Source: the human T2T-CHM13v2.0 reference genome, Homo sapiens. From it: a DNA stretch of 64,000 nt. Shown here piece after piece: positions 1 through 12,235 of the stretch; position 1 is the first letter of the stretch; each line of letters begins with the position of its first letter. Made by a program: the position numbers and the translations under genes. Under the pieces are notes generated by a model that was not told where the DNA came from, ran no database searches, and saw only the letters and a program-made list of their open reading frames with translations. The stretch is from the NCBI RefSeq assembly GCF_009914755.1, contig NC_060928.1; one strand, 5' to 3'.

Positions 1-329
1 GTATATCTGACTCCATTGAATGAATGATTTTATGCCTCAAAAGTATCCTGTATTACCTACCTAATTTTTTTTATAAATAAATTTCAGTAACTGAAATGTG
101 AACAACTCTAACCCTGACATAGATGTTTACTGTTGGATATTGTTGTATCCTTTACTTATTAAAAAATTTCTTGTGATCTTTCATTTTAAATATTTCATGC
201 AAGATAAAACAAAACAAATATATTTAACAGCTAAATGGATATTTTCAAAATTAGGTGAAATTCTCTTTCTCATTGCTTTTGTGACTTTCTTATAGTCTTG
301 GAATATTGAGTTCATTTAATATTTTCTAG

Positions 330-400
330 TAAATTAGTGTTTTCCAATAAATTAGTATATTCCAAAAATAAATTATATTTTCCAATAAATTAGTATATTC
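330..400. repeat. Short local tandem duplication (ttttccaataaattagtatattc x2)
   Basis: A 23-nt unit is seen at 340-362 and 378-400. Confidence 0.8.
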
Positions 401-1674
401 TTCCCCAAGAGGTAATGATATTGATGTGTCAGCAGTGGGGAAGGCTTTCTACAGATTGTAATTTATGACAATAGAAGGATGGGCCCTCCCAGAACAAAAC
501 TAATTGAATCACTTCAAATTTCAATAATGCCATTGTTTTGGCTCTTAAAGGTAATATTTTGCTTTCAAGAGTATCATTTAAAATGAACCTCTAGATGTAA
601 ACTTTAAACCTATATGAGTTAATATATGAATTATCATTTAAGACTTTAGCAGGAATTAGTGGGCAGCTTTTAGAGATAAATTGAAATACATTTTGTGCCC
701 AGTCAGAAATAAGCCTAGCCATGAAAACATTGTTCAAGAAGTGCTGCTTACCTGGTGTTCACCTCTCTAGGCTCAGAAGCTTTATTTTAATAAAAAGGAA
801 TAATGCTTGGTAGAAAAAATCTAGAAAAGTATCTTAAAGTATTCTTAAATTTGAGACTGTATGGTCATCATACATGGTTCATTGAGAACAATTGAACTCA
901 TAAAATGAAATCTAAGCACATTAGTATCACTTAGGGCTCCAGCAGGAAATAGGTGGCATGCTCAAAGAAGAATTCAATATAATGCAATGCAGAGACTAAA
1001 GGTAGTCTTAAGGGAACCAACAAATGATAATGAAGCACCCAGAAATCCAGAGATTGAGAGCAGGAAACTATTATCACTCATAGGCCCAAAGGTACAAGGA
1101 GATAATGTGTGTTGTTGGAACCTAACGAGTTAAGGCAATGATAGAGGGGCAGGCTGACAGGAGCTGCAACTCTCTAGACTGAAGAACAGAGCCACTGCTA
1201 AGCCATGGCCCAGCAGGTCCACCAAGGAGAGCATAGACCTGACCTCTCATTTCCCTTGGTCTTTGATCTCTTACTGGAGTAAGAATATTCCAGTAGATTA
1301 TGACACAGTGCTTATGGCAGGGCTGCTTTTACTTTCTGCAAAGTAATCTCTTTTTTCTTTCTTTTTTGCTAAAGTTTGCTTAGTACCATGCCTGGAGTAG
1401 CTGATTTCAATGAAGCATTTCTCTCTTTGACATATTCCCTAATATCCAGGCTCCCTGGTGCCCCACTATACTGGGATGGTTTTTATCAGTCCATTTAGCT
1501 ATACAGCTCTCTCCTCAAACAAGTTGCCCCGTCCTGTACCTCCTTCTTATAGTCATGGCGTTTCATTCACCTTGGCAATGGGAAGGATTTTAAAATTTAT
1601 TGTAATGCAGGAGGTTACTTTCTCACTGGAGTAAAACCTTACAATGTGGAATTATCATCATCATAATAATAATG

Positions 1675-2391
<717 letters not shown>

Positions 2392-2746
2392 TGAATAATT
2401 ATTTTTAATGCCATCAATGTAAGCCTTTAACATCTTTTTTCACTCTTCTCTATTTTTTATTTCTTTAATTCTGTCTGGTGCCTTTACATTGATTTATTTA
2501 CTTTCTTTTTTCCTGTTTACTTACAATGCTATGAATTAAATGTTCATATTATGGTACATGATAAAGTGTGTGGCTGTGTGTGTGTTCATAAGGTGGTAAG
2601 AAGTATTTAAATGGTCTTACAGGTTAACAGGTGAATTAAAATTCAGGGCTGGTGTTACTGTTGACAGATTTGTTTCTCAGAGATGGTGGCTTGCTTTTTA
2701 CAAATTATATCATTCTACTATGTCTTCTTTTTTTTACTCCACTCAG

Positions 2747-2898
2747 ATTCGAAATCAGAGCAAAGCCTCTGGGTCTGGGCTCTGTGAGGGAGATGAAGTG
2801 GTTTCCATCAATGGCAACCCTTGTGCAGATCTCACCTACCCTGAAGTCATCAAGCTCATGGAAAGCATAACAGACTCTCTCCAAATGCTCATCAAAAG
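2747..2898 (+). CDS. SYNPO2: SYNPO2 internal coding exon (exon 2), C-terminal part of the PDZ domain
   Basis: Polypyrimidine tract then actcag|ATT acceptor; AAAAG|gtacaa donor; 152 bp, phase 0 to phase 2. Encodes IRNQSKASGSGLCEGDEVVSINGNPCADLTYPEVIKLMESITDSLQMLIK(R), with the PDZ-like GDEVVSING motif. Confidence 0.95.
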
Positions 2899-5800
2899 GT
2901 ACAACAGATTTGCTGGAATATGTATTTTCTCTTGAAGCTACATGGGAATGATTATAGCTTTTACTACATATATAACTTGTCATTTATGGAGAAATTAGGG
3001 GTGCTTTGTAGAAGGTTAGGTATAGTTAAACAGAAACACCACTGTGTTTGAAAAATAGTCAGTTCTAGTCAACCAAACTTTCTGGTTAATTGAGAATTAA
3101 GTTGAAAATGCTTGTTTCAAGCACTTTGTTGAAAATCTTAGGTATTTTAGGCTCCTTCCTTAGAAAGCTCAGTATATTGAGCATAACTTAATATTTCTTT
3201 GATAGGTCAAGATTTTGTGATGGATCAGAATCACTCAATTGTAATTATCAGATGCACAGATGAATTAAAAATGTTTAAATATTAGACCATTAAACTGTAC
3301 AATTTTTCATTAAAAGGATGCTTAAGAGACAGAAAAGAGAAACAACAACAAAAACTTACAAGCAGCCGGATTTCTCCAGTAAAACCAATATTTGAGGATG
3401 GACAAAAGCAGATGATTAGAATAAGGTTTTTGCACGACCAACACAGGTCATTTGGGAATTCAATCTCTTCAAATATCACCATCCCCACATAGTTGTTTAA
3501 CAATATAAAAGAAACCTTTAAATGTAAAAAACAAAAGAAAACAATGAGGACAATAACAAGGAAAACTACAGCATTGACATTTTTATGGTGTACAAATCAC
3601 AGTACAATCCATACTGATTTTGCAACGGAAGCTCTGGCTATTGCATGATAATGAATCCAGAAAGGAAAGCTTTGGCTTCCTGGAGAGCAGCTTTTAGGAA
3701 GATGTCAGAGGACATCTCAAGATGAACCTCAAGGTCCTCCAGGTTTTTCCTCAACTCTGCAGAAACACTACGCACAGTTACCCCTCTGCTAATCATTCAG
3801 TATGATTCTGTTCCGGGATGAAAATGAACTCACTATGGCCAAAATCTTGAGACAACAATGGAAATCTAGCATTATTCTTATAATCTAAATATTTACCCAT
3901 CAAACTCAGTGTTTAAGGCCTTAGAATCCTTCCTTCATGTTATGAAGAGAAAATAAGTTTATAAAATACATAATTTACTAATACATAATTAAATTTATAA
4001 AATAAAAAAAATTACAAAGTAAGTAACTAATTGGTAGGATTCAAAGTGGAATCTCAATTGAAAATCAAGTCAAAAGCAATTATTATCATCACCACCACTA
4101 CCACTATTTTAAATATCTGAATATTGTTTCCTGCAATAAATATTTCTGTCACTCATATCACTGTCATCTATCAGTAGAGGACAAGTGTTTTTACTTTTCC
4201 TGAACTATTGCCCAGAGATAGCTCAGTAAGACTATTTTAAAATAACTCCTTTAACATTCCATCTCTATTATCTTGAATGTTCTTAAAATAAGATTTTAAA
4301 AATTCTATAATTGTGACACATAAATTGTGGACTTGATGAATACCTATGTAGACTGATGGGAAATGAATGTTTTAAGGCATAAAGCTTTATTCGCTCATGC
4401 TTTTATGATATTTACTCATGTCTATTTATTTTACTTCAGCTGCTGATAAATGTTAATATTTATCTGGCCATTTGTCTGTATTGGTCTACAAGGCTGGCAT
4501 GAATTGAAACTATTCTCTTCTCAGCTTCACAATTGATTGCTAACGTTATTCAAAGTGATTTAATCTACTTCCATCCCAAGGCCTTCCTAAATTAAAACTC
4601 TCTGACCTTTTGGTACCCTCAAATTCAGTTTAACAATGTATTTAACATTTTCTACATAATAATGATCTAATTTGCTAACATCATGCTTTTTTAATACGAT
4701 ATTATAATGTTGTATAAATACTGTATTACAGGGAAGCTTTTCCAATTACTTGCGTATAGAGAAAGGTGCATTTTGTTTAACTGTTAGTTTGTTTTCATTT
4801 TGTTTAGTTTTGTTTTGCCAAATGCAGTTGAAAGCAAAGGTAGGAGTAAGTATTTTGAGCATTGGTCGGAAATTGCACTACCACATAAATTCTAAGGTAA
4901 ATTCCTTTGAGTAGAATCCAAGTAGAAGCTCACGCCCTTCAGCTGACGTGCCTGCATGAGTCATAACTGTCTTTTAAGGAAGGAGGAAAGGGGCAAAGAT
5001 AATTATGCTGCTTCCAAAATTAAAAAAAATACAAATATAAAAAATGAAGGCATTTCCTACAGCTGTTCTGTGAATAATACCTCTAAAAACATTTACAGTT
5101 TAAATTAGAGTTTCAGAAAGAAGTTATTTAACTCTTAAACTGACATTGCTTCTTCTCAGAAACCCAAATTTGCACAGACAACTGGGAAGATCAAAATCAA
5201 AGAGCTGTGGTGTACAGCTCTAGGCTCCTTAGCTGAGAGATAAAGGAACAGTTTGACTTCCGATATCCTAAAAAGAAAATGCTCCAAGAAACAGATCCAA
5301 ATAGAAGAAAGGGAGACATCTCAGATTATAAATACTCCATGACTTAATGGTTCATTGCAGCACGGAAAGGATTTCTCTTTACGCAAGAGTACTGGGCTGG
5401 GTCCACTTATTACGAAACACATGCTCACTGGGGCTTAAAAAACAGCTTCTATTTCATTCCTTTCAAGAAAGCACAGCCTCTAAAAGGACTAGTTGAGTTA
5501 TCTGTAAGTTAAGATTGATCTGAAGGTGCTGGATATGTTTATGTGACTTCATAATGTCTAGACCAAAACTTAGTCAATAAGACATTGAAATGCTTTGTCA
5601 CATTCTAGCAAACTCATTATAAGAGATACCCAGATTCCAAGTACTTACAGATAAACGGGATCCATGTAGTTTTTTAAAAATAAAAGCTGAATTTAGGATG
5701 GATTCAGGTTTCATAATCTTGTGTAAGAGTTTCTTTGTGCTTTTAAAAAAGTTTATTTGGTATCTCTTTAAGTAATAATATGAACATGTTGCCACCTTCT

Positions 5801-5943
5801 GTTTTCAAATATGTTGCAACTGACATTTAGAAGAAAATATTTTGACTATATCACATATTAGACATCACAAAAGTGTCAGGAAGTTCTTTGGCAGATGTAA
5901 CATAGTCTGATTTAAGTGTCTGGAATGATTTTTCTGTGTGCAG

Positions 5944-6755
5944 ACCATCCAGTGGAATAAGTGAGGCTTTGATATCTGAAAATGAAAACAAAAACCTCGA
6001 GCATCTCACACATGGGGGTTATGTGGAAAGTACCACCCTGCAGATTCGACCGGCCACAAAGACCCAGTGCACAGAATTCTTCCTCGCCCCTGTCAAGACT
6101 GAAGTTCCCCTAGCTGAGAACCAAAGAAGTGGTCCCGACTGTGCAGGCAGCTTGAAAGAAGAAACAGGCCCGAGCTACCAAAGGGCTCCCCAAATGCCTG
6201 ACTCCCACAGAGGACGCGTGGCAGAAGAGCTGATCTTAAGGGAGAAGGTAGAAGCGGTACAGCCTGGGCCTGTGGTTGAGCTGCAACTGTCCCTTTCACA
6301 GGAGAGACATAAGGGCGCTAGTGGCCCTTTAGTGGCTCTCCCGGGAGCTGAAAAATCTAAGTCTCCTGACCCAGACCCTAACTTGTCACATGACAGGATT
6401 GTCCACATAAATTCGATCCCTACTAATGAGAAAGCAGACCCTTTCCTGAGGTCCAGCAAGATAATCCAGATCTCCAGTGGCAGAGAGTTGAGAGTGATCC
6501 AGGAAAGTGAAGCAGGAGATGCGGGACTGCCCCGGGTGGAAGTGATCCTCGACTGCTCTGACAGGCAGAAGACAGAAGGGTGCAGGCTTCAGGCAGGAAA
6601 GGAGTGTGTGGATTCTCCAGTGGAAGGAGGGCAGTCAGAAGCACCTCCTTCTCTGGTATCCTTTGCCGTCTCATCAGAAGGCACAGAGCAGGGAGAAGAT
6701 CCACGCTCGGAAAAAGATCACAGCAGACCTCACAAGCACCGAGCGCGGCATGCAC
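5944..6755 (+). CDS. SYNPO2: SYNPO2 coding exon 3
   Basis: tgtgtgcag|A acceptor and GCAC|gtaagt donor; 812 bp, phase 2 to phase 1, joining exons 2 and 4 in frame (RPSSGISEAL...KHRARHAR). Lies within the 5936-6826 ORF. Confidence 0.95.
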
Positions 6756-9163
6756 GTAAGTTCTGCCTGGGCTTTCAGAAGGGGCTTGGGAGTTGGGGGC
6801 ATTTTGCTGCTTCTTTGCTTGCATGAGTTTTTCAGCAAGATTTTTCTTATGTTTCTCATTGGCTTAAAGAAATATTTAATTAATGCACAAAATCACAAAT
6901 GTGAAATTGTGGAGAATACCAATTTCTAAATAGGAAGCAATAAGTCCGAACTTCATATAGATTTAAACATTTTTCATGAATTTCTTTTTATCCCCAAAGG
7001 CACAGGAACTGTTAAAGAAAATAATATTGTCAATGTGCCTGTTCATTTTGTTTCAGACAGTTGAAATAGTTCATGTTAAAATAGCATAAGAAAGCACTTG
7101 AAGTCATGTGGACTCAGTTTAAATGTCAAAAACTGTTGAGTCTGCTACTGAGAGGTGTCTTTAAAATAAAAGCTCTACCATTGATATCAAAAGCAGATCC
7201 TTGTTTTGAAAAAAAAATCATTGTGCAGCTTGATGATGCTTGCAGAAGTGAGTTTGACAGACAAGGACATGTGTATACTGAGCAGTTACATGATCCTCTC
7301 CGTTGTGTAAGTCTTCATTTGACTGCAAAGTGTTTCATCTACCTTCTAGACACAGAAGTCAGTCTCCAGGGCCATGTGGAGGCATTTAAATGTCTCCAAA
7401 CATAAAATATATTTAAATTCAGTGCTTTGTATGGCATTTTGTTTTACCCAGGGGAGAGAAGACAGAAAGGAGAATTGGGATAAGAATTGCAGTTAGGTGT
7501 TAGGATTTCTGTTGTTTTATTTCACGTTTATTTTTGTTTGTTTTTTTTTTTTTTTTTACTAATTTTGGAATTTTATTTGAGGATGTAAAGGCTGACAGGC
7601 AAAGGCACTTGACTGTATATATGATACACAATGGCAATGAATTCGGTTATTCAAAGTAGGATATTAAGTCTTCTAACCTATTGTTATTCCTTTCAAAGCA
7701 TATTTTTAGCATAACCATTTGTAGCTTTATTGGCAAGTGCTGTTAATCATTCCTTATACTTTAAGCATCTGTAGGCCATCTTCACATTTATAGCATATTA
7801 AACAAGAGTATTGAGACACCATTCACATACTTTACATGTTGGCAGTGAAGTTAGCAGCAACTGTGCAACTGTGACTGTCAATTTAATAAGTTGTATAACA
7901 CTAGTCAAAAAAGGAATTCTATTTAGTAATAACCACAGTTTCAACTATTTTTCTCTAGAAAATTCGATCACCAGTAAATGCCTGTAATCATATTATAAAA
8001 TTATTTCCTTGGATTATATTTTATTTAAAAAAAACTAACCATTAAGTCTGTGACAAAAAGAGCTAATTTTCAATCATAAAATAGTCAAAAATTTTTTCTT
8101 AATTTTCCACTTAACTGTTTTGAGGAATTAAAAAATTTAGGGGACTCACAGTCATTATCATTGAAAATATGATATAACTATAAATTATAAATGATAGATG
8201 CTATATGTTTAGTTGCTATAATTTGCCACCCATTTCTTTTTTATAATAGTAATAATGAAAGAAAATTTTAAATATTTTTATTTTTATAAAATAAAAATCA
8301 TATTCTTGTTTTAAATGACTTAATTTCTGCATCAGTTTTTACACAGTTAAGTGGGTCACAAGTCAATTTTTAAATTTCTCCAAGGTTTATTCTTGCTGCA
8401 AGGAAAGTAATATTGTATTTCCAAAATAGCAATACATTTACAAACAAATCTGTCTAGAAAACTTTGTAGCTAGAGTTTCTTATATGTATTTACAATAATG
8501 TCATATTTTGAATTTTAATTATTGATTCAGTACCTTCAATGATTAATTCAGTGTTTTGAATTTATATTAATCCAGTAGCTGTGAGTGGAAAGATTTGGGG
8601 TGGTTGTCAGGGTAAAAAAAGAAAAAAGAGAAAGAAGAAAACCTAAATAGCTAAATTCATTACATTAAAACATTTAGAAAATTTTAAAACATCTTCTTGG
8701 GACGCTCCTCCCTTTTTAAGATTCCTGGAAACAGTTTTATATTGACACTTTATTTTAAAATATGGAAGTATGAGATATGTCTCATCTTGTTTTTCAGAAA
8801 ATATTATGTCTTTAAATTATGTCCTTCTTAATTCTAATTTTATCCTATTAATTGACATTTACTAGCCAGTTTTTATTATTAAAGTGGAAGGATCTCTAGA
8901 GAAACAAATGTATGAAACATATATTCTAATCAGCATATATAAAATATTTTTATGTAAACAAATAGAACAGTATATTATTGTAGAAGGAAACATGTTAAGA
9001 GAAATAAGAAAAAGAAATGTGTTGGATTCCTTCAAAATTCTGTACTCAATGGCAATTTTTTACATATTTATTTTCCCCCAGGAGAGTTCATTTCTGAGTT
9101 GCTGTGGTGTCTTCCTTGAACTCATCAGCTCAATATAATTTTTTTTTTTTTTGCTTTCCCTAG

Positions 9164-11346
9164 GGCTCAGGAGGAGTGAAAGCCTGTCAGAAAAACAAGT
9201 GAAGGAAGCAAAATCTAAATGCAAAAGCATTGCCCTTCTTCTAACGGATGCTCCCAACCCCAACTCCAAGGGGGTGTTGATGTTTAAGAAGCGACGTCGG
9301 AGGGCCAGGAAATACACCCTAGTTAGCTACGGTACTGGCGAGCTTGAGCGAGAGGCGGACGAGGAGGAAGAAGGTGACAAGGAGGATACATGTGAAGTAG
9401 CATTTCTTGGTGCAAGCGAATCAGAGGTGGATGAAGAGTTATTGTCTGACGTTGACGACAACACACAAGTTGTGAACTTTGACTGGGATTCTGGACTGGT
9501 GGACATTGAAAAGAAACTGAACAGAGGGGACAAGATGGAGATGTTACCAGACACCACAGGCAAGGGAGCCCTCATGTTTGCCAAGAGGAGGGAGAGAATG
9601 GATCAGATCACAGCCCAAAAAGAAGAGGACAAGGTAGGTGGAACGCCAAGCAGAGAACAAGATGCTGCCCAGACCGATGGCCTGAGAACCACGACTTCTT
9701 ACCAAAGAAAGGAGGAAGAGTCGGTAAGAACGCAGAGCTCTGTGAGCAAAAGCTACATCGAGGTGAGTCATGGTCTTGGCCATGTTCCCCAACAGAATGG
9801 CTTCAGTGGGGCATCTGAGACAGCAAACATCCAGAGGATGGTCCCCATGAATAGAACGGCCAAACCCTTCCCAGGGTCTGTGAATCAGCCAGCTACCCCC
9901 TTCTCGCCAACCCGAAACATGACGAGTCCCATTGCTGACTTTCCTGCACCTCCACCTTACTCTGCAGTCACTCCTCCCCCTGACGCCTTCTCCAGAGGGG
10001 TTTCAAGTCCGATTGCTGGCCCAGCACAGCCCCCTCCATGGCCCCAGCCTGCCCCGTGGTCCCAGCCAGCCTTTTACGATTCGTCTGAGCGAATAGCTTC
10101 CCGAGATGAGAGGATCTCAGTGCCAGCAAAAAGAACAGGAATATTGCAGGAGGCCAAAAGGAGAAGCACGACAAAACCCATGTTTACTTTTAAAGAGCCC
10201 AAAGTAAGCCCAAATCCTGAACTCTTGTCACTCCTTCAAAATTCAGAAGGCAAACGGGGCACTGGAGCTGGAGGTGATTCCGGACCGGAAGAAGACTACC
10301 TCAGCTTGGGGGCAGAGGCTTGTAATTTCATGCAAAGCTCCTCTGCCAAACAAAAGACCCCTCCTCCTGTTGCTCCAAAACCTGCAGTCAAGTCCTCATC
10401 CTCCCAACCAGTAACTCCAGTTTCCCCAGTCTGGTCTCCAGGAGTGGCTCCCACCCAACCTCCTGCCTTCCCCACATCCAACCCATCAAAGGGCACCGTT
10501 GTCTCCTCCATCAAAATAGCCCAGCCTTCTTACCCTCCTGCCCGGCCTGCAAGTACTTTGAACGTGGCTGGTCCCTTCAAAGGACCACAAGCAGCAGTAG
10601 CCAGTCAGAATTACACACCCAAACCAACAGTTTCCACACCAACAGTCAATGCTGTTCAGCCTGGTGCAGTGGGACCATCCAATGAGCTTCCAGGAATGAG
10701 TGGGAGAGGAGCTCAGCTCTTTGCTAAAAGGCAGTCGAGAATGGAGAAGTATGTGGTCGATTCAGACACGGTGCAGGCCCACGCTGCTCGAGCTCAGTCT
10801 CCCACTCCATCTCTCCCGGCCAGTTGGAAGTACTCCTCCAATGTCCGAGCACCTCCTCCTGTGGCCTATAATCCTATCCACTCGCCGTCTTACCCACTGG
10901 CTGCTCTCAAGTCTCAGCCATCAGCTGCACAGCCCTCCAAAATGGGCAAGAAAAAGGGAAAGAAACCCCTCAATGCATTAGATGTCATGAAGCACCAACC
11001 GTATCAGCTCAATGCATCCTTGTTTACTTTCCAACCTCCAGATGCAAAGGATGGCCTCCCCCAGAAGTCATCAGTCAAGGTCAATTCAGCCCTGGCCATG
11101 AAGCAAGCTCTTCCTCCCCGGCCAGTGAATGCTGCCTCACCTACGAATGTGCAGGCTTCGTCAGTGTACTCGGTACCAGCCTATACCTCTCCTCCTTCCT
11201 TCTTTGCAGAGGCCTCCTCACCAGTCAGTGCATCCCCAGTGCCTGTGGGCATTCCCACCTCGCCAAAGCAAGAATCAGCCTCATCATCTTATTTTGTGGC
11301 ACCAAGGCCAAAGTTCTCAGCCAAGAAAAGTGGTGTCACAATTCAG
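9164..11346 (+). CDS. SYNPO2: SYNPO2 large central exon shared by all isoforms (basic NLS-like KKRRRR, PPPY motif, synaptopodin-homology GxxxFxKR repeats)
   Basis: T-tract then ccctag|GG acceptor; ATTCAG|gtgtgg donor; 2183 bp open frame. Three GxxxF(A/K)KR motifs, PPPY at 9949-9960, SGPEEDYLSLGAEAC podin motif, Pro/Ser-rich. Confidence 0.97.
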
Positions 11347-11376
11347 GTGTGGAAACCATCTGTTGTGGAAGAGTAA
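9280..11376 (+). CDS. SYNPO2: Short PDZ-less myopodin ORF (698 aa) starting MFKKRRRRARK
   Basis: First in-frame ATG of the large exon; 2097 nt = 698 aa plus stop, equal to the recalled length of the short muscle myopodin. Confidence 0.7.
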   Translation: MFKKRRRRARKYTLVSYGTGELEREADEEEEGDKEDTCEVAFLGASESEVDEELLSDVDDNTQVVNFDWDSGLVDIEKKLNRGDKMEMLPDTTGKGALMFAKRRERMDQITAQKEEDKVGGTPSREQDAAQTDGLRTTTSYQRKEEESVRTQSSVSKSYIEVSHGLGHVPQQNGFSGASETANIQRMVPMNRTAKPFPGSVNQPATPFSPTRNMTSPIADFPAPPPYSAVTPPPDAFSRGVSSPIAGPAQPPPWPQPAPWSQPAFYDSSERIASRDERISVPAKRTGILQEAKRRSTTKPMFTFKEPKVSPNPELLSLLQNSEGKRGTGAGGDSGPEEDYLSLGAEACNFMQSSSAKQKTPPPVAPKPAVKSSSSQPVTPVSPVWSPGVAPTQPPAFPTSNPSKGTVVSSIKIAQPSYPPARPASTLNVAGPFKGPQAAVASQNYTPKPTVSTPTVNAVQPGAVGPSNELPGMSGRGAQLFAKRQSRMEKYVVDSDTVQAHAARAQSPTPSLPASWKYSSNVRAPPPVAYNPIHSPSYPLAALKSQPSAAQPSKMGKKKGKKPLNALDVMKHQPYQLNASLFTFQPPDAKDGLPQKSSVKVNSALAMKQALPPRPVNAASPTNVQASSVYSVPAYTSPPSFFAEASSPVSASPVPVGIPTSPKQESASSSYFVAPRPKFSAKKSGVTIQVWKPSVVEE
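11347..11376 (+). CDS. SYNPO2: SYNPO2 read-through C-terminus VWKPSVVEE* (1093-aa isoform)
   Basis: The ORF continues past the 11346 donor for 9 codons to TAA. Assuming a 35-codon exon 1 outside the window, 1084+9=1093 aa, the isoform length I recall. Confidence 0.92.
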   Translation: MWKPSVVEE

Positions 11377-12046
11377 TCTTGTAGCTGAAGCTGAGTGTCC
11401 ACTTTGCTTGAAATGAATTGTTTGCAGTGTTTCTTGAGTCCCTGAGAATGCCTAGCAAAGTCCTCAACTTACTTAATTTCAGATATGTCACCTCCTAATC
11501 TGGGTCCAAGGAGTATAATATTTTTAATGAGTCAAAAATCCAACTCAGATTGACCTAAAATATATTTATCTTCTTTGCACACTTAAAAAATCCAGGAGCA
11601 CCCCAAAATAGACATGTACCGTTATATTAAGTAAGCAGGAGACTTAGGATTTGTGCTGTAGCCACAAGAAAGACAGTGATCAGTGATATCAAACATCAGG
11701 AATCAGCCTTTATGTAACATAACAGCTGTCCTCCTATGGTGAAAGGTTCAAATGTAGTGAAGGTATAACCTATATTGACTGAGATTTCCCTTTTAGGTAG
11801 TGCCTTATCTCTATTACTAGTGTTAAAGGAATAAGGAATCTATGAAGGACAGGGAGCAGCTCTGGTCTGTCAATCTCAGCCACCTGTTTGATATCACAGA
11901 GAAGATACTCGGAGGATTGTTGGAATGTATATAGTTTAGTAAGAAGTGGGTAAGAAAGAGGGTCTTAATTACTGAGCACTTATTATGTATTAGGTTCTTT
12001 GCCAGATGTTTTTACATATATAAACTCATTTCAGAAAACTTATTTA

Positions 12047-12235
<189 letters not shown>

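Noticed and set aside
330-400. Repeat-spacer-like pattern, also at 16636-16715 and 13767-13841
   Set aside because: Only two copies each, no unique spacers and a eukaryotic context; not CRISPR-like.
6756-6826. Continuation of the exon 3 ORF (KFCLGFQKG...)
   Set aside because: It lies past a strong C|gtaagt donor whose phase matches the next exon; nothing supports a read-through isoform.
6093-10514. Antisense and off-frame ORFs overlapping exons 3 and 4
   Set aside because: Expected shadows of GC-rich coding sequence, with no recognisable domains.
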